Position numbers and translations under genes: made by a program. From the NCBI GenBank assembly GCA_963822965.1, contig CAWGJT010000006.1, positions 32,001-96,000 on the forward strand: a DNA stretch of 64,000 bases, given 5' to 3'. This DNA comes from an uncultured delta proteobacterium (lineage in GTDB: Bacteria > Myxococcota_A > UBA9160 > UBA4427). Below are positions 10,551-20,120 of the stretch, piece after piece (position 1 is the stretch's first letter; every line of letters starts with the position of its first letter). The notes under the pieces are model-generated. The model made no database searches, was not told the DNA's origin, and saw only the letters and a program-made list of their open reading frames with translations.

Positions 10551-11758
10551 CGGCCTCCTCCGAGCGCCCGAGCGCCTCCCGACCAGCTACCCCGGGTGAG
10601 CTTGGCACCCGGATAGAAGGTACGGAGGATCGCGCGATAGTCGTCCCCGCGTCGGGCCATGGCCCGCGCGCCCCACTGGCTCATTCCCACTCCGTGACCG
10701 TTCCCCGAGCCCACGACGACGAAGTCGTCCCCGTCCTCGCGCAGCTCGAAGAGCGTGCTCTTCAGGTTCGACTCGCCCAGGACGCTGCGCAGCTCCCGAC
10801 CGCTCAGGACCGCCGTGCCTCGCTCCCCGGTGAGCTCGACCGAGGCCACCCGACCGCTCTCGGTCCGCTGGCCGACTCGCGCCGCGACGACGGGCCCGAT
10901 TTGGTGGCCCAGGGCTTCCGCGGCGCGGCCGAGTGTCGTCCGGGAGACCCGAACCCGCCAGTAGGAATCCGGAGAGTCCCACTCGTCCTCCACCGGGACG
11001 CTCACCAGGTAGTCGCGCGATTCGCCCCACACCTCCCGGGCACTGGCCGTGCGGCCGCCCGACGACGAGTGGAAGACCGCCAGGATCGGATCGCCGCCCT
11101 CGGTGAGGATCTCGCCGCGGGTCGCCTCGACGGCGGCGCGCACGGCGTCGGATTCGGCCTCGACGCCCGCGTAGACCTGGGACGAGGCGCCCGCAGAGAC
11201 GTACCAGGGCCGTTCGCGGCGGCTCATCAGCTCGTGGAGCGCATAGGTGCGGCTGGCCACCGCCTGGGCCTCCAGCGCGCTCGCGCTCCACGAGCCGTAC
11301 ATCTCCCGGGCCAGGATGCCGTTCAGGTAGCTCTCGAGGGGCACCTCGTTGACGACGGCCAGCCCGGGGCGGGCGCCGTCCGTCGGCGCGAGCACGGCGA
11401 GCACCTCCACCACGCCCCGCACCCGGACGCCCTGCACGTCGAACGGCCCCCCCGAGGCCGAAGACCGCCAGCTCGAGACGATGGGGCCCCCGTTCACCCG
11501 CAGGCCCTCGCCGGGCGCCCAGGTGATGCGGGCGAGGCGGCGGCCGCTCGCCGCCTCGGCGACCACCACCTCGTCCTGCCCCTGGCGGAGCAGCACGCGC
11601 ATCCAGGGCTCACCGGCGGCGCCCACCCCGGGAAGCGCGGCCGGGCTCCAGCTGGAAGCCGTGCTCCCGCACGCGAGGGCCAGGCAGGCCGCCAGTGCGA
11701 TCGCCTCTCGTCGGCTCCGTCGGCGCCGTCCCTCCCGCTCTTCCCCCCGAAGAGACAA
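10547..11758 (-). CDS. SpoIID/LytB domain protein (peptidoglycan lytic enzyme-like); start uncertain
   Basis: VVNEVPLESYL..EM..AL.AQAVASRTYA, SQVY, FHSSSGGRT, GHGVGMSQWGA, FYPG. Confidence 0.9.
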   Translation of the reverse strand: MSLRGEEREGRRRRSRREAIALAACLALACGSTASSWSPAALPGVGAAGEPWMRVLLRQGQDEVVVAEAASGRRLARITWAPGEGLRVNGGPIVSSWRSSASGGPFDVQGVRVRGVVEVLAVLAPTDGARPGLAVVNEVPLESYLNGILAREMYGSWSASALEAQAVASRTYALHELMSRRERPWYVSAGASSQVYAGVEAESDAVRAAVEATRGEILTEGGDPILAVFHSSSGGRTASAREVWGESRDYLVSVPVEDEWDSPDSYWRVRVSRTTLGRAAEALGHQIGPVVAARVGQRTESGRVASVELTGERGTAVLSGRELRSVLGESNLKSTLFELREDGDDFVVVGSGNGHGVGMSQWGARAMARRGDDYRAILRTFYPGAKLTRGSWSGGARALGGGR

Positions 11759-11767
11759 GAAGGCCGC

Positions 11768-12931
11768 CTACAGGTCCCGGGCGATGGCCTCGGCCTTGTC
11801 CGTGGCCTCCCAGGGGAAGCCCTCGTTCTCCCGGCCGAAATGCCCGTGGTAGGAGGTCGCCCGGTAGATCGGACGCCGCAGGTCGAGCCCCTCGATGATG
11901 CCGCGCGGGGTGAGATCGAAGTGCTTGCGGACGATCCGCTCGAGCTCGGCATGGGAGAGCCGGCTGGTGCCGAAATGGTCGACGCGGATCGACACCGGCT
12001 CGGCGACGCCGATCGCGTAGGCGAGCTGCACCTCGGCGCGGGCCGCGGCCCCCGCCTTGACGAGGTTCTTGGCCACCTAGCGGGCCGCGTAGGCCGCACT
12101 GCGGTCGACCTTGGACGGATCCTTGCCCGAGAAGGCGCCGCCGCCGTGCCGGCCCATGCCGCCGTAGGTGTCCACGATGATCTTGCGGCCGGTGAGACCC
12201 GCGTCGCCCATGGGTCCGCCGATCACGAAGCGACCGGTCGGGTTCACGTGGAAGATCGTGTCGCGGTCGAGCAGCCCGGCGGGAAAGGCCGGCCGGATCA
12301 CCTGCTCGATGATGTCGTCGCGCAGCTTGTCGTAGCCCACGTCGGGAGCGTGCTGGGTGGAGAGGACGACGGCATCCACCCGGATGGGGCGATCGTGCTC
12401 GTCGTACTCGACCGTCACCTGGGACTTCGCGTCGGGGCGCAGGTACTCGAGCTCGCCGGACTCGAACTTGTGGCGGTGCGGCTCGATCAGCCTGTGGGCG
12501 TAGCGGATCGGCGCCGGCATCAGCTCGGGCGTCTCGTTGCACGCGTAGCCGAACATCATGCCCTGGTCGCCGGCGCCCTGCTCCTTGTGGAGCCCCTCGC
12601 CCTCGGAGACGCCCTGGGCGATGTCCGGAGACTGCTTGCCGAGGGCGACCTGCACCGCACAGGTGGCGGCGTCGAAGCCCATGTCCGAGCTCGTGTAGCC
12701 GATGTCGGCCACCACGCCGCGGACCAGGGAGCCGATGTCCACCTGGGCCTTGGTGGTGACCTCGCCCAGGACCATCACCAGCCCGGTCGTCGTGGCGGTC
12801 TCGCAGGCCACCCGCGAGTGGGGGTCCTGCTCGAGCATCGCGTCGAGAATGGCGTCCGAGACCTGGTCACACATCTTGTCGGGGTGACCCATCGAGACGG
12901 ACTCCGAGGTGAAGAAGATGCGACTGGCCAT
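11768..12931 (-). CDS. metK: S-adenosylmethionine synthetase, interrupted by an in-frame TAG at 12077-12079
   Basis: [59 protein letters not shown]; both halves are in the same frame. Confidence 0.97.
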
Positions 12932-13221
12932 CGAGGTGCTCTCCTGCAGGGCCGCCGCCGGGGGGCGGCCGGGTTTGCGCGTTCCTGGGGCCGTAGCTGT
13001 GGGGGACCGGCTCGCCCGGTGCGAGGGGCCCGCAGGGTAGGTGACGCCCCGACGTCGTTCAAACGAACGTCTGAGAGAGAGTGACCCGGAGCGGGCTTCG
13101 GGTGACGTGCGCCTCGCGCCGGGCGCCGGAGGGCTCTAGAAGGCCACCCCGCGCCGCACGAGGGGGCCCTGCCGCGGCTTTCGGGGGGCCGGGCCGCGTT
13201 CCCGGGCGGGCCTCCCCGGCT

Positions 13222-13284
13222 GCCCGGGTCGGCTCCGCTGCGGCCCGGTTCGGCTCTGCGGCGGCCCGGGTTGGCTCTGCGGCG
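13222..13284. repeat. Three imperfect 21-nt tandem repeats
   Basis: gcccgggtcggctccgctgcg / gcccggttcggctctgcggcg / gcccgggttggctctgcggcg. Confidence 0.85.
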
Positions 13285-13324
13285 GAGCCGCGACCCGAGA
13301 CCCCGTCTTGGGTCAGGCTCCTAG
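13284..13324 (-). repeat. Palindromic REP/MITE-like element, copy 1
   Basis: Reverse complement CTAGGAGCCTGACCCAAGACGGGGTCTCGGGTCGCGGCTCC is nearly identical to 45324-45366. Confidence 0.8.
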
Positions 13325-13611
13325 GCGCTCTCGGCCTCGCGCTCGGTCAGCAGCGCGCCCAGGGCGTCGATGGCCTCCTGGGCGTCCGGCCCCTCTGCCC
13401 GCAGCCGCAGGGTCGTCCCCCGGCTGGCCGCCAGGGACAGGATGGAGAGCACGCTGCGACCGCTCACCCACTCCTCGTCGTCCTCCCGGGCGACCGAGAT
13501 CTCGCTCTCGAAGCGCCCGGCCAGGCTCACGAAGCGCCCGGCGGGCCGGGCGTGCAGCCCCAGCTCGCTCTGCACGGTGAACTTCGCCTCGATCGGCGCT
13601 TCCTGGCTCAC
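13321..13611 (-). CDS. ptsH: HPr/NPr phosphocarrier protein
   Basis: GLHARPAG (His15 site), GRSVLSILSL (Ser46 site), AEGPDAQEA. Confidence 0.95.
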   Translation of the reverse strand: MSQEAPIEAKFTVQSELGLHARPAGRFVSLAGRFESEISVAREDDEEWVSGRSVLSILSLAASRGTTLRLRAEGPDAQEAIDALGALLTEREAESA

Positions 13612-14021
13612 GTCCTGGCTCCCGGCAGGAGCTCACTGGCCACCGAGATGTTCCGCTGGCCGTACTCCTTGATGAAGGTGGCGAGCTCTTCCAGCGGCTT
13701 GTCCTCGCAGAGCGTGGCGAGCTTGATCAGCATGGGCAGGTTGATGCCCGTCACCACCTCGACGTGGTGCTCGTCGAGGAAGGAGAGGCTCATGTTGGAC
13801 GGGGTTCCCCCGAACATGTCGGTCAGCACCAGCACCCCGTCGCCCTCGTCGGTGGCCTTCAGCGCCGAGGCGATCCCCTTGCGGATTTCCTCGACGGACT
13901 GGCTCGGATCGACGGCCACGGCCGCGAACGGCGGAGCGTCGGGAATGATCAGGCGCAGGGCCTGGAGGAACTCCTCGCCCAGCCGGTAGTGGGTGACGAT
14001 GACGACGCCGATGCGGCTCAT
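13608..14021 (-). CDS. PTS EIIA component, mannose/fructose type
   Basis: IGVVIVTH, GVLVLTDMFGGTPSN, EVVTGINLPML. Confidence 0.94.
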   Translation of the reverse strand: MSRIGVVIVTHYRLGEEFLQALRLIIPDAPPFAAVAVDPSQSVEEIRKGIASALKATDEGDGVLVLTDMFGGTPSNMSLSFLDEHHVEVVTGINLPMLIKLATLCEDKPLEELATFIKEYGQRNISVASELLPGART

Positions 14022-14908
14022 CGCGGCAGGTCCCGGTGATCGACGCTGCACCTCTCGTCCCTCCTCCTCAGGGCCCGGGCCAGGGCGATGGAGACGGCCA
14101 CCGAGCGGTGCTGTCCACCCGTGCAGCCGAGCCCGACGGTGAGATAGGCCTTTCCCTCCTCGTCGTAGAGGGGCAGGAGGAAGCTCACGAACTCGCGCAG
14201 CCGCCGGAAGAACTCCCGGCCCTTGTCGCTCTCGAGCACGTAGCGCGCCACGGCCGGGTCGTGGCCGCTCCGCTCGCGCAGGCCGTCCTCGAAGTACGGG
14301 TTCGGCAGGAAGCGCAGGTCGAAGAGCAGCTCCGCCGACTGCGGCGGGCCGTAGCGGAAGCCGAAGGAGATCAGGTTCACCACGGTCGAGCGTTTCCTCC
14401 CGGAGACGTGCCGGGTGACGGTATCGCGTAGCTGGTGCACGTTCAGCGACGACGTGTCGATGTGGAAGTCCGCCAGGCCCGAGACCTCGGAGAGCAGGCG
14501 TCGCTCCCGGGCGATGCCGTCCCCGACGCTCGTCGGGGAGAGCGGATGCACGCGTCGGGTCTCCCGGTAGCGCTTCTCGAGGATCTCGTCGGCGCAGTCG
14601 AGGAAGATCATCTCGACCGACGTCCCGGTGGCCCGCAGCTCCCGGAACACCTCCGGCAGCCGGCTGAGGAAGCGCTCCTCCCGGGCGTCGACGGCGAGCG
14701 CGATCTTCTCGATGGGCGGCGTCGCCTTCGTGCAGAGATCCAGGAACTGCGAGACGAGCTGGGGCGGCAGGTTGTCCACGCAGTAGAAGTTCAAGTCCTC
14801 CAGGGCCGCCATGGCGGTGGAGCGGCCGCTCCCCGAGAGCCCGGAGACGAAGACGATCCGGGTTCCGGGACGGCCGCCGGGATCGTTCGAGCGCACGCCG
14901 TTGCTCAT
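14018..14908 (-). CDS. rapZ: RNase adapter RapZ/YvcJ-like P-loop protein
   Basis: VSGLSGSGRS, CVDNLP, RYRETRRVHP, SFGFRYG, DLRFLPNPY, GCTGGQHRSV. Confidence 0.95.
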   Translation of the reverse strand: MSNGVRSNDPGGRPGTRIVFVSGLSGSGRSTAMAALEDLNFYCVDNLPPQLVSQFLDLCTKATPPIEKIALAVDAREERFLSRLPEVFRELRATGTSVEMIFLDCADEILEKRYRETRRVHPLSPTSVGDGIARERRLLSEVSGLADFHIDTSSLNVHQLRDTVTRHVSGRKRSTVVNLISFGFRYGPPQSAELLFDLRFLPNPYFEDGLRERSGHDPAVARYVLESDKGREFFRRLREFVSFLLPLYDEEGKAYLTVGLGCTGGQHRSVAVSIALARALRRRDERCSVDHRDLPR

Positions 14909-15444
14909 TGCTGCGCGTGCTCCGCACGCAGACGGGCGTCGAGGCGCTCGGCGGCGTTCGACCCGGCCCGCCGCCGCAGGTGGTCCCGCACGGCCACCTC
15001 CACCAGGGTGGCCATGTTGCGGGCCGGGCGCACCGGCAGCACCAGCGCCGGCAGCGAGACGCCGGCGACGGCCTCTCGCGGCCGATCGATGCCGATCCGC
15101 TCGTAGTCGGCGCCCTCCTGCCACACCTCGAGCCGGCAGACCAGGTCGACGGAGGACTCCTCGCGCACCGCCTCGGCGCCGTACAGCTCGGGGATGTAGA
15201 GGAGGCCGATCCCGCGGATCTCCATGTAGTGGCGGATGCGCTCGGGGGCGGTACCCACCAGCACCGGCGTGCCGCCGTCGGCCGCCTCCACCCGGCGGAT
15301 GCGCACCACGTCGTCGGCCACCAGCCGGTGTCCCCGGGAGACCAGCTCCAGCGCGCACTCGCTCTTGCCGATCCCGCTGTTGCCGAGGAGCAGGACTCCC
15401 ACATCGAGAACGTCGATGAGCGCGCCGTGCGCCTGGATCTCCAT
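14905..15444 (-). CDS. hprK: HPr kinase/phosphorylase, catalytic domain only (short form)
   Basis: HGALIDVLDVGVLLLGNSGIGKSECALELVSRGHRLVADD, MEIRGIG, PVRPARN. Confidence 0.9.
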   Translation of the reverse strand: MEIQAHGALIDVLDVGVLLLGNSGIGKSECALELVSRGHRLVADDVVRIRRVEAADGGTPVLVGTAPERIRHYMEIRGIGLLYIPELYGAEAVREESSVDLVCRLEVWQEGADYERIGIDRPREAVAGVSLPALVLPVRPARNMATLVEVAVRDHLRRRAGSNAAERLDARLRAEHAQQ

Positions 15445-15560
15445 GGCTCCCTCTGCGAGCCCGACCAACGGCCTCCCGGCTCGTCCCGCGCTGCCAAGAG
15501 GACGAACGCGCGGCGTCGTCCTCAGGTTGCAAGCCAGCGCCCCAGCGGGGCGCTGGCCGC

Positions 15561-16022
15561 TCAGAACTTCGCGTCTTCCTCTTCGATGGCCCGGAAGACG
15601 TCCTCGAGACTCGACGCATCGATCAGCTTCTTGCGGAACTCGGCGTCGCGGAAGAAGCGCGAGATGCGCGCCAGGGCCTTCAGGTGCTGGCCCCCCGAGT
15701 GCTCGGGCACCACCAGCAGGAAGAAGAGATGCGTCGGCTGGCCGTCGATCGACTCGAAATCGACGCCCTTCACGCTGCGGGCGAAGGAGGCGACCAGGCG
15801 GTCGAGGCCCGGCATCTTGCCGTGGGGGATCGCCACGCCCTCCCCGATGCCGGTGCTCTGGAGCGCTTCGCGCTCGAGGAGCACCTGCAGGAGTCGCTCC
15901 GCGGAGAGACCCTTCTCCGCCGCGGCGAGGGAGCGCGCCATCTCCTCGAGCACGGCTTCCTTCGTCTCGGACGCCAGGTCCAGGATGGCCCCGTCCCTGA
16001 CGAGGATGTCCATGATCTTCAA
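15561..16022 (-). CDS. ptsN: PTS EIIA-Ntr (nitrogen regulatory)
   Basis: TTG start after GAGGAG; REALQSTGIGEGVAIPHGK, GVDFESIDG, HLKALARISR. Confidence 0.94.
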   Translation of the reverse strand: MKIMDILVRDGAILDLASETKEAVLEEMARSLAAAEKGLSAERLLQVLLEREALQSTGIGEGVAIPHGKMPGLDRLVASFARSVKGVDFESIDGQPTHLFFLLVVPEHSGGQHLKALARISRFFRDAEFRKKLIDASSLEDVFRAIEEEDAKF

Positions 16023-16083
16023 GGCCGGTCTCCTCGTGCTCTCAGTCGCCGAGGGCTCGATGCGGGCGCTCCGGGGGCAGTTT

Positions 16084-17640
16084 TTAGCCGATCTGCCGGC
16101 GCTTCGTCGAGGACAGGAGGTTCATCGCCTCCCGATACTTCGTGACGGTGCGCCGCGCGATGTCGATGTTGGCCGACTTCAGCATCTCGGCGATCCGCTG
16201 GTCGGACAGCGGACGCCGCGAATCCTCGTTCAGAATGATCTTCCGGATCTTCTCCTTGACGCTCTCGCTGGCGATCGCCTCGCCGTGGAACCGATTGATG
16301 CTCGAGTTGAAGAAGTACTTGAGCTCGAAGATTCCCTGGGGCGTGTGGACGTACTTGTTGGTCGTCACGCGGCTGACCGTCGACTCGTGCATCTCGATGT
16401 CGTCGGCCACGTCCCGCAGGTTGAGGGGCTTCAGGTGGGAGATGCCGTGCTCGAAGAACTCGCGCTGGTGACTTGATGATGCTCTGCATCACCTTGTAGA
16501 TCGTGCGCTGGCGCTGGTGGATCGACTTGATGAGCCACAGGGCGGAGCGGAGCTTCTCGTGGACGTACTCCCGGGTGTCCTTCGCGACGCTCTTGCCTCC
16601 CGAGAGCACGTCCCGGTAGAGGCTGTTGATCCGCAGCTTCGGCAGCCCGTCCTCGTTCAACAGGATGTGGAAGTCGTCCTCCATCTTGTAGACGTAGATG
16701 TCCGGGACGATGTAGATGGGGTCGTCGCCGCCGAAGGCGCGTCCGGGCTTGCGGCTCGAGCCGGCTGATGACGTTCGCGGCGGCCGAGAGATCTGCCGGG
16801 CTCGCTGCCGTGGCCCGGGTCAGGCCCCGGAAGTCCCGCTTCTGGAGCAGGTCGAGGTGGCGGTCGATGATCGCAGACGACCAGCGGGTCGTCGATCTCG
16901 AGCGTCTGCACCTGCAGCATCAGGCACTCGCGCAGGTTGCGGGCCGCCACACCGGGCGGATCGAGCTGCTGGACCTTCGCGAGCGCCCGCTCCACCAGCG
17001 CCTCGTCAGCGCCGGCCTGCCGCGCGACGTCCTCGACGGGGGACATCAGATAGCCGTCGTCGTCGAGGTTGCCGATGATCCAGCGGCTCACCGCCACCTC
17101 CTCCGGGTCGAAGGCGGAGAGCTGGATCTGCCACGCGAGGTGCTCGGCGAGGGACGGACGGCGCGTGAGCGTCGCCTCGATGGAGGGCCGGTCGTCGTCT
17201 CCCGCCACCCGGGTCTCGAGCCCGGTCTGCGGGTAGTTGTCCATGTAGTTCTCCCACTCGATGTCCGCGATCTTCTCGGCATCGGTGGGGGAATCGTCGG
17301 ACCCGGCCTCGGCTGCCGCCTCGGAAGCGACGCTCTCCGGGGCCCCTTCGGCGTCGGCGCGCGCCTCGGCCGTCTCGGCCTCGGCCGCCGCGGTCTCCGC
17401 GTTGGCCTCGGCCTCGGCGCGGCTCTCGCGATCCTCGCCCGGCGTCTCGTCGGAGGCCTCGCCGGCGGTCCGGTCGTCGCCCTCGCTCTCCTCGAGGACG
17501 GGATTCTCCTGCAGCTCCTGCTCGATCAGCGAGGTGAGCTCCTGCCGGTTCAGCTGCAGCAGCTTGATCGCCTGCTGCAGCTGCGGCGTCATGACGAGCT
17601 GCTGGGAGAGTCGCAGCTGCTGTCGGAGCTCGATGGCCAT
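16084..17640 (-). CDS. rpoN: RNA polymerase sigma-54 factor, broken by three single-base insertions (near 16877, 16751, 16471)
   Basis: N-terminal MTPQLQQAIKLLQL, HESTVSR, RpoN box ARRTVTKYRE. N- and C-terminal pieces share a frame, consistent with net +3 nt. Confidence 0.96.
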
Positions 17641-17696
17641 CGCGCCTGCTCTTGCCTCCTGTCGCCGTGCCGGCGAGCGATCTCCGCTCGTCCGGG

Positions 17697-18425
17697 CTAG
17701 TGGAGCCTGAAGTTCTTCCCAAGGTAGACCGCCCGAACCTCCGGGTCGTCGGCGATCTCCTCGGGCGTTCCGAGGCGGAGGATCTCCCCGTCCTTGATGA
17801 TATACGCGCGATCGCAGATCGAGAGCGTCTCGCGCACGTTGTGGTCGGTGATGACGACGCCGATGGAGCGGCTCTTGAGCTGCTCGATGATCTTCTGGAT
17901 GTCGATCACGGCGATCGGATCGACCCCCGCGAAGGGCTCGTCGAGGAGCATGTAATGCGGATCGAGCACCAGGGCGCGCGTGATCTCCACCCGGCGGCGC
18001 TCGCCCCCGGAGAGCGAGTCGCCGCGGCGCCCGGCCTTCTCGGAGAGGCCGAGCTCTGCGAGGAGCTCCTCGAGCCGCTCGCGCCGGCGGGTCCGGTCCT
18101 TCTCGATCGTCTCGAGAATCGCGTTCACGTTATCGGCGACCGTGAGCCGGCGGAAGATGCTGGGCTCCTGGGGCAGATAGGTGATGCCGAGGCGTGCCCG
18201 CCGGTACATCGGCAGATCGGTGATCTCGCGGTCGCCGAGGAAGACCCGTCCGCGGGTCGGTCGCACGCTGCCGGCGATCATGTTGAAGGTGGTCGTCTTG
18301 CCGGCCCCGTTCGGTCCCAGCAGCCCCACCACCTCGGCCGGATGCACCTCGACGCTCACGGAGCGCACGGCGTGCTTGCTGCCGTAGACCTTGACGAGAT
18401 CGGACGCGATCAGGGCGTCGCTCAC
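17697..18425 (-). CDS. lptB: LPS export ABC transporter ATP-binding protein
   Basis: GLLGPNGAGKTT, YLPQEPSIFRRLTV, LSGGERRRVEI, DEPFAGVDP, TDHNVRETL. Confidence 0.97.
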   Translation of the reverse strand: MSDALIASDLVKVYGSKHAVRSVSVEVHPAEVVGLLGPNGAGKTTTFNMIAGSVRPTRGRVFLGDREITDLPMYRRARLGITYLPQEPSIFRRLTVADNVNAILETIEKDRTRRRERLEELLAELGLSEKAGRRGDSLSGGERRRVEITRALVLDPHYMLLDEPFAGVDPIAVIDIQKIIEQLKSRSIGVVITDHNVRETLSICDRAYIIKDGEILRLGTPEEIADDPEVRAVYLGKNFRLH

Positions 18426-19498
18426 GGCGCGACCTCGCTCGGGGGCGCCGAGCCGTCCGCGCAGGCGCCCCCGCTCTCGCCGACCTTGGGCTGGATCAGC
18501 ACCGAAGCCGCCCCGGTCACCGTGACGCGCTCGTTCGACAGGTCGAAGGAGATCTCCTCCCCGCGGACCCGGTCGCAGCCCTCGAGCACCTCGGCCTGCC
18601 CCCGGCACACGAGGGTCTGCGCTTCGCGCTCGTAGCGGGCCCGCTCGCAGCGGGCCCGGCGCCCCCCCTGGGCGACCCGCACCCGACCGGAGGCCAGCAG
18701 CAGGTCGGGCTGGGACGCGCCCTGGGCGTACACCGCCTCCAGGCGGTCTGCGTTGAGGATGATGTTGCCCTGGTGCACCTCGACGTTGCGCGAGAAGACC
18801 AGGCGCCGGCCGCCGTCCTGGGGCAGCACCTCGAGCTCGTCCGAGTGGATCTGGATGGGATCGTCGCGCCGCACGCCGGGCAGCATCGCCAGGCCGACGC
18901 CGGCGGCGTCGTCCTGGGTACCCGATTGCTCGCTCGCACCGGTCGCGGGGGCCTCTGCGGATGCGGTCGGCGCCGGGGCGGCGACATCGGGGAGCGCGTC
19001 GCTGCCAGCGTCCACCGGATCGCCCAGGTCCGCCAGGATGAGCCGCGCCAGGTGGTCGACGGCGCCCGGCAAGGCCGCGTCGGAGTCCGGCGCCAGGCGA
19101 TACTCGGCGCGCGCGACCCCCGAGTGCCCCGAGCGCAGCTCCACCGACACGTCGAGCCCGCCGCGGGGTGCCCGCCGCGTGCGCCCCACGATCACGTTGT
19201 CGACGTCGTTCCGCTCGGCCCAGCGCCGCACGTCCCCCGCTTCGGGCGCGTCGAGGCCGCGTCCGTCCGAGACCAACGACCCGGGCGGCACGATGCGGGT
19301 GGGCGACAGAACGGCAAGCTCCTCGGCCAGCCGGCTCGCCACGTCGGGAACGGGCGCGCCGTGGGCGTCGGCGGCGAACGGCGCGACGGCGATGCCCCGA
19401 TCGGGATCCGCCCCCTCGGCCGCCGCCTCGCTCGCGCGGGCGAAGCCCAGAGCGAGCACGGCGGCTCCCAGCGCAGCAGCGAGGACGCGAACGCTCAC
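18422..19498 (-). CDS. lptA: LptA/OstA-family LPS transport protein with an extra N-terminal alpha/beta domain
   Basis: C-terminal PIQIHSDEL..FSRNVEVHQG..ASGRVRVAQG..VRGEEI; located between lptC and lptB; signal peptide present. Confidence 0.85.
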   Translation of the reverse strand: MSVRVLAAALGAAVLALGFARASEAAAEGADPDRGIAVAPFAADAHGAPVPDVASRLAEELAVLSPTRIVPPGSLVSDGRGLDAPEAGDVRRWAERNDVDNVIVGRTRRAPRGGLDVSVELRSGHSGVARAEYRLAPDSDAALPGAVDHLARLILADLGDPVDAGSDALPDVAAPAPTASAEAPATGASEQSGTQDDAAGVGLAMLPGVRRDDPIQIHSDELEVLPQDGGRRLVFSRNVEVHQGNIILNADRLEAVYAQGASQPDLLLASGRVRVAQGGRRARCERARYEREAQTLVCRGQAEVLEGCDRVRGEEISFDLSNERVTVTGAASVLIQPKVGESGGACADGSAPPSEVAP

Positions 19499-20019
19499 GG
19501 CTTCTGCACCACGCTCGCCCCGCCCAGCAGGCGGAAACGCCGTTCGCGCACGAAGTACTGGAAGCCCCCGCCCTGGTAGGTGATGGCGTCCTCCGAGATG
19601 AGCACCGGCGCGTTCGTGAAGAGCAGACCCGCGTCGTGGTCGTACTTCACCCAGGGCGCCTCGAACTGGCGGTCGCCGTCGGTGCGACCGCGGACGTTGC
19701 CGCGCGCCTCGAAGTCGTTGGTGGCCACGTCGAGCTCGCCGCTGTCACAGCGGATCTCGAACTCGCCCGCCGAACGGGACGGCTCGACCGTGGCGTGCAC
19801 GTCGTCGAGGTAGACCCGTTCCTGCTCGGTGTCGAAGCGGGCGTGCGCGGCGTGCAGCACCAGCTCGTTGCCCGGCCCCCGACTCGCGATGAACGTCATG
19901 CCATCGACGTCGAGCAGCGGCGGCTCCGCGTGCAGGGGCGTCGCGATCAGGAACGCCGCGAGCAGACCGCTCGCGGCGATTCGGGACCTGACCGGGAGCT
20001 GGATCGCGCGAACAGCCAT
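19495..20019 (-). CDS. lptC: LPS export periplasmic protein LptC-like (start uncertain)
   Basis: Jelly-roll-like pattern (GNVRGRTDG..FTNAPVLI..GGGFQY); position upstream of lptA-lptB. Confidence 0.75.
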   Translation of the reverse strand: MAVRAIQLPVRSRIAASGLLAAFLIATPLHAEPPLLDVDGMTFIASRGPGNELVLHAAHARFDTEQERVYLDDVHATVEPSRSAGEFEIRCDSGELDVATNDFEARGNVRGRTDGDRQFEAPWVKYDHDAGLLFTNAPVLISEDAITYQGGGFQYFVRERRFRLLGGASVVQKP

Positions 20020-20120
20020 GCAATTACCATACCTCGCGAATCCGACCGATACGCTGCCCCACACGGTTGCGCTCGCGGATTCCCACCGGAGCGCCCGCCG
20101 CGAGGACGGACCTCGGAGCT

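Noticed and set aside
12987..13050. GGGGCCGTAGCT start resembling tRNA-Ala or tmRNA
   Set aside because: No T-loop, anticodon arm or CCA end; treated as part of the metK leader.
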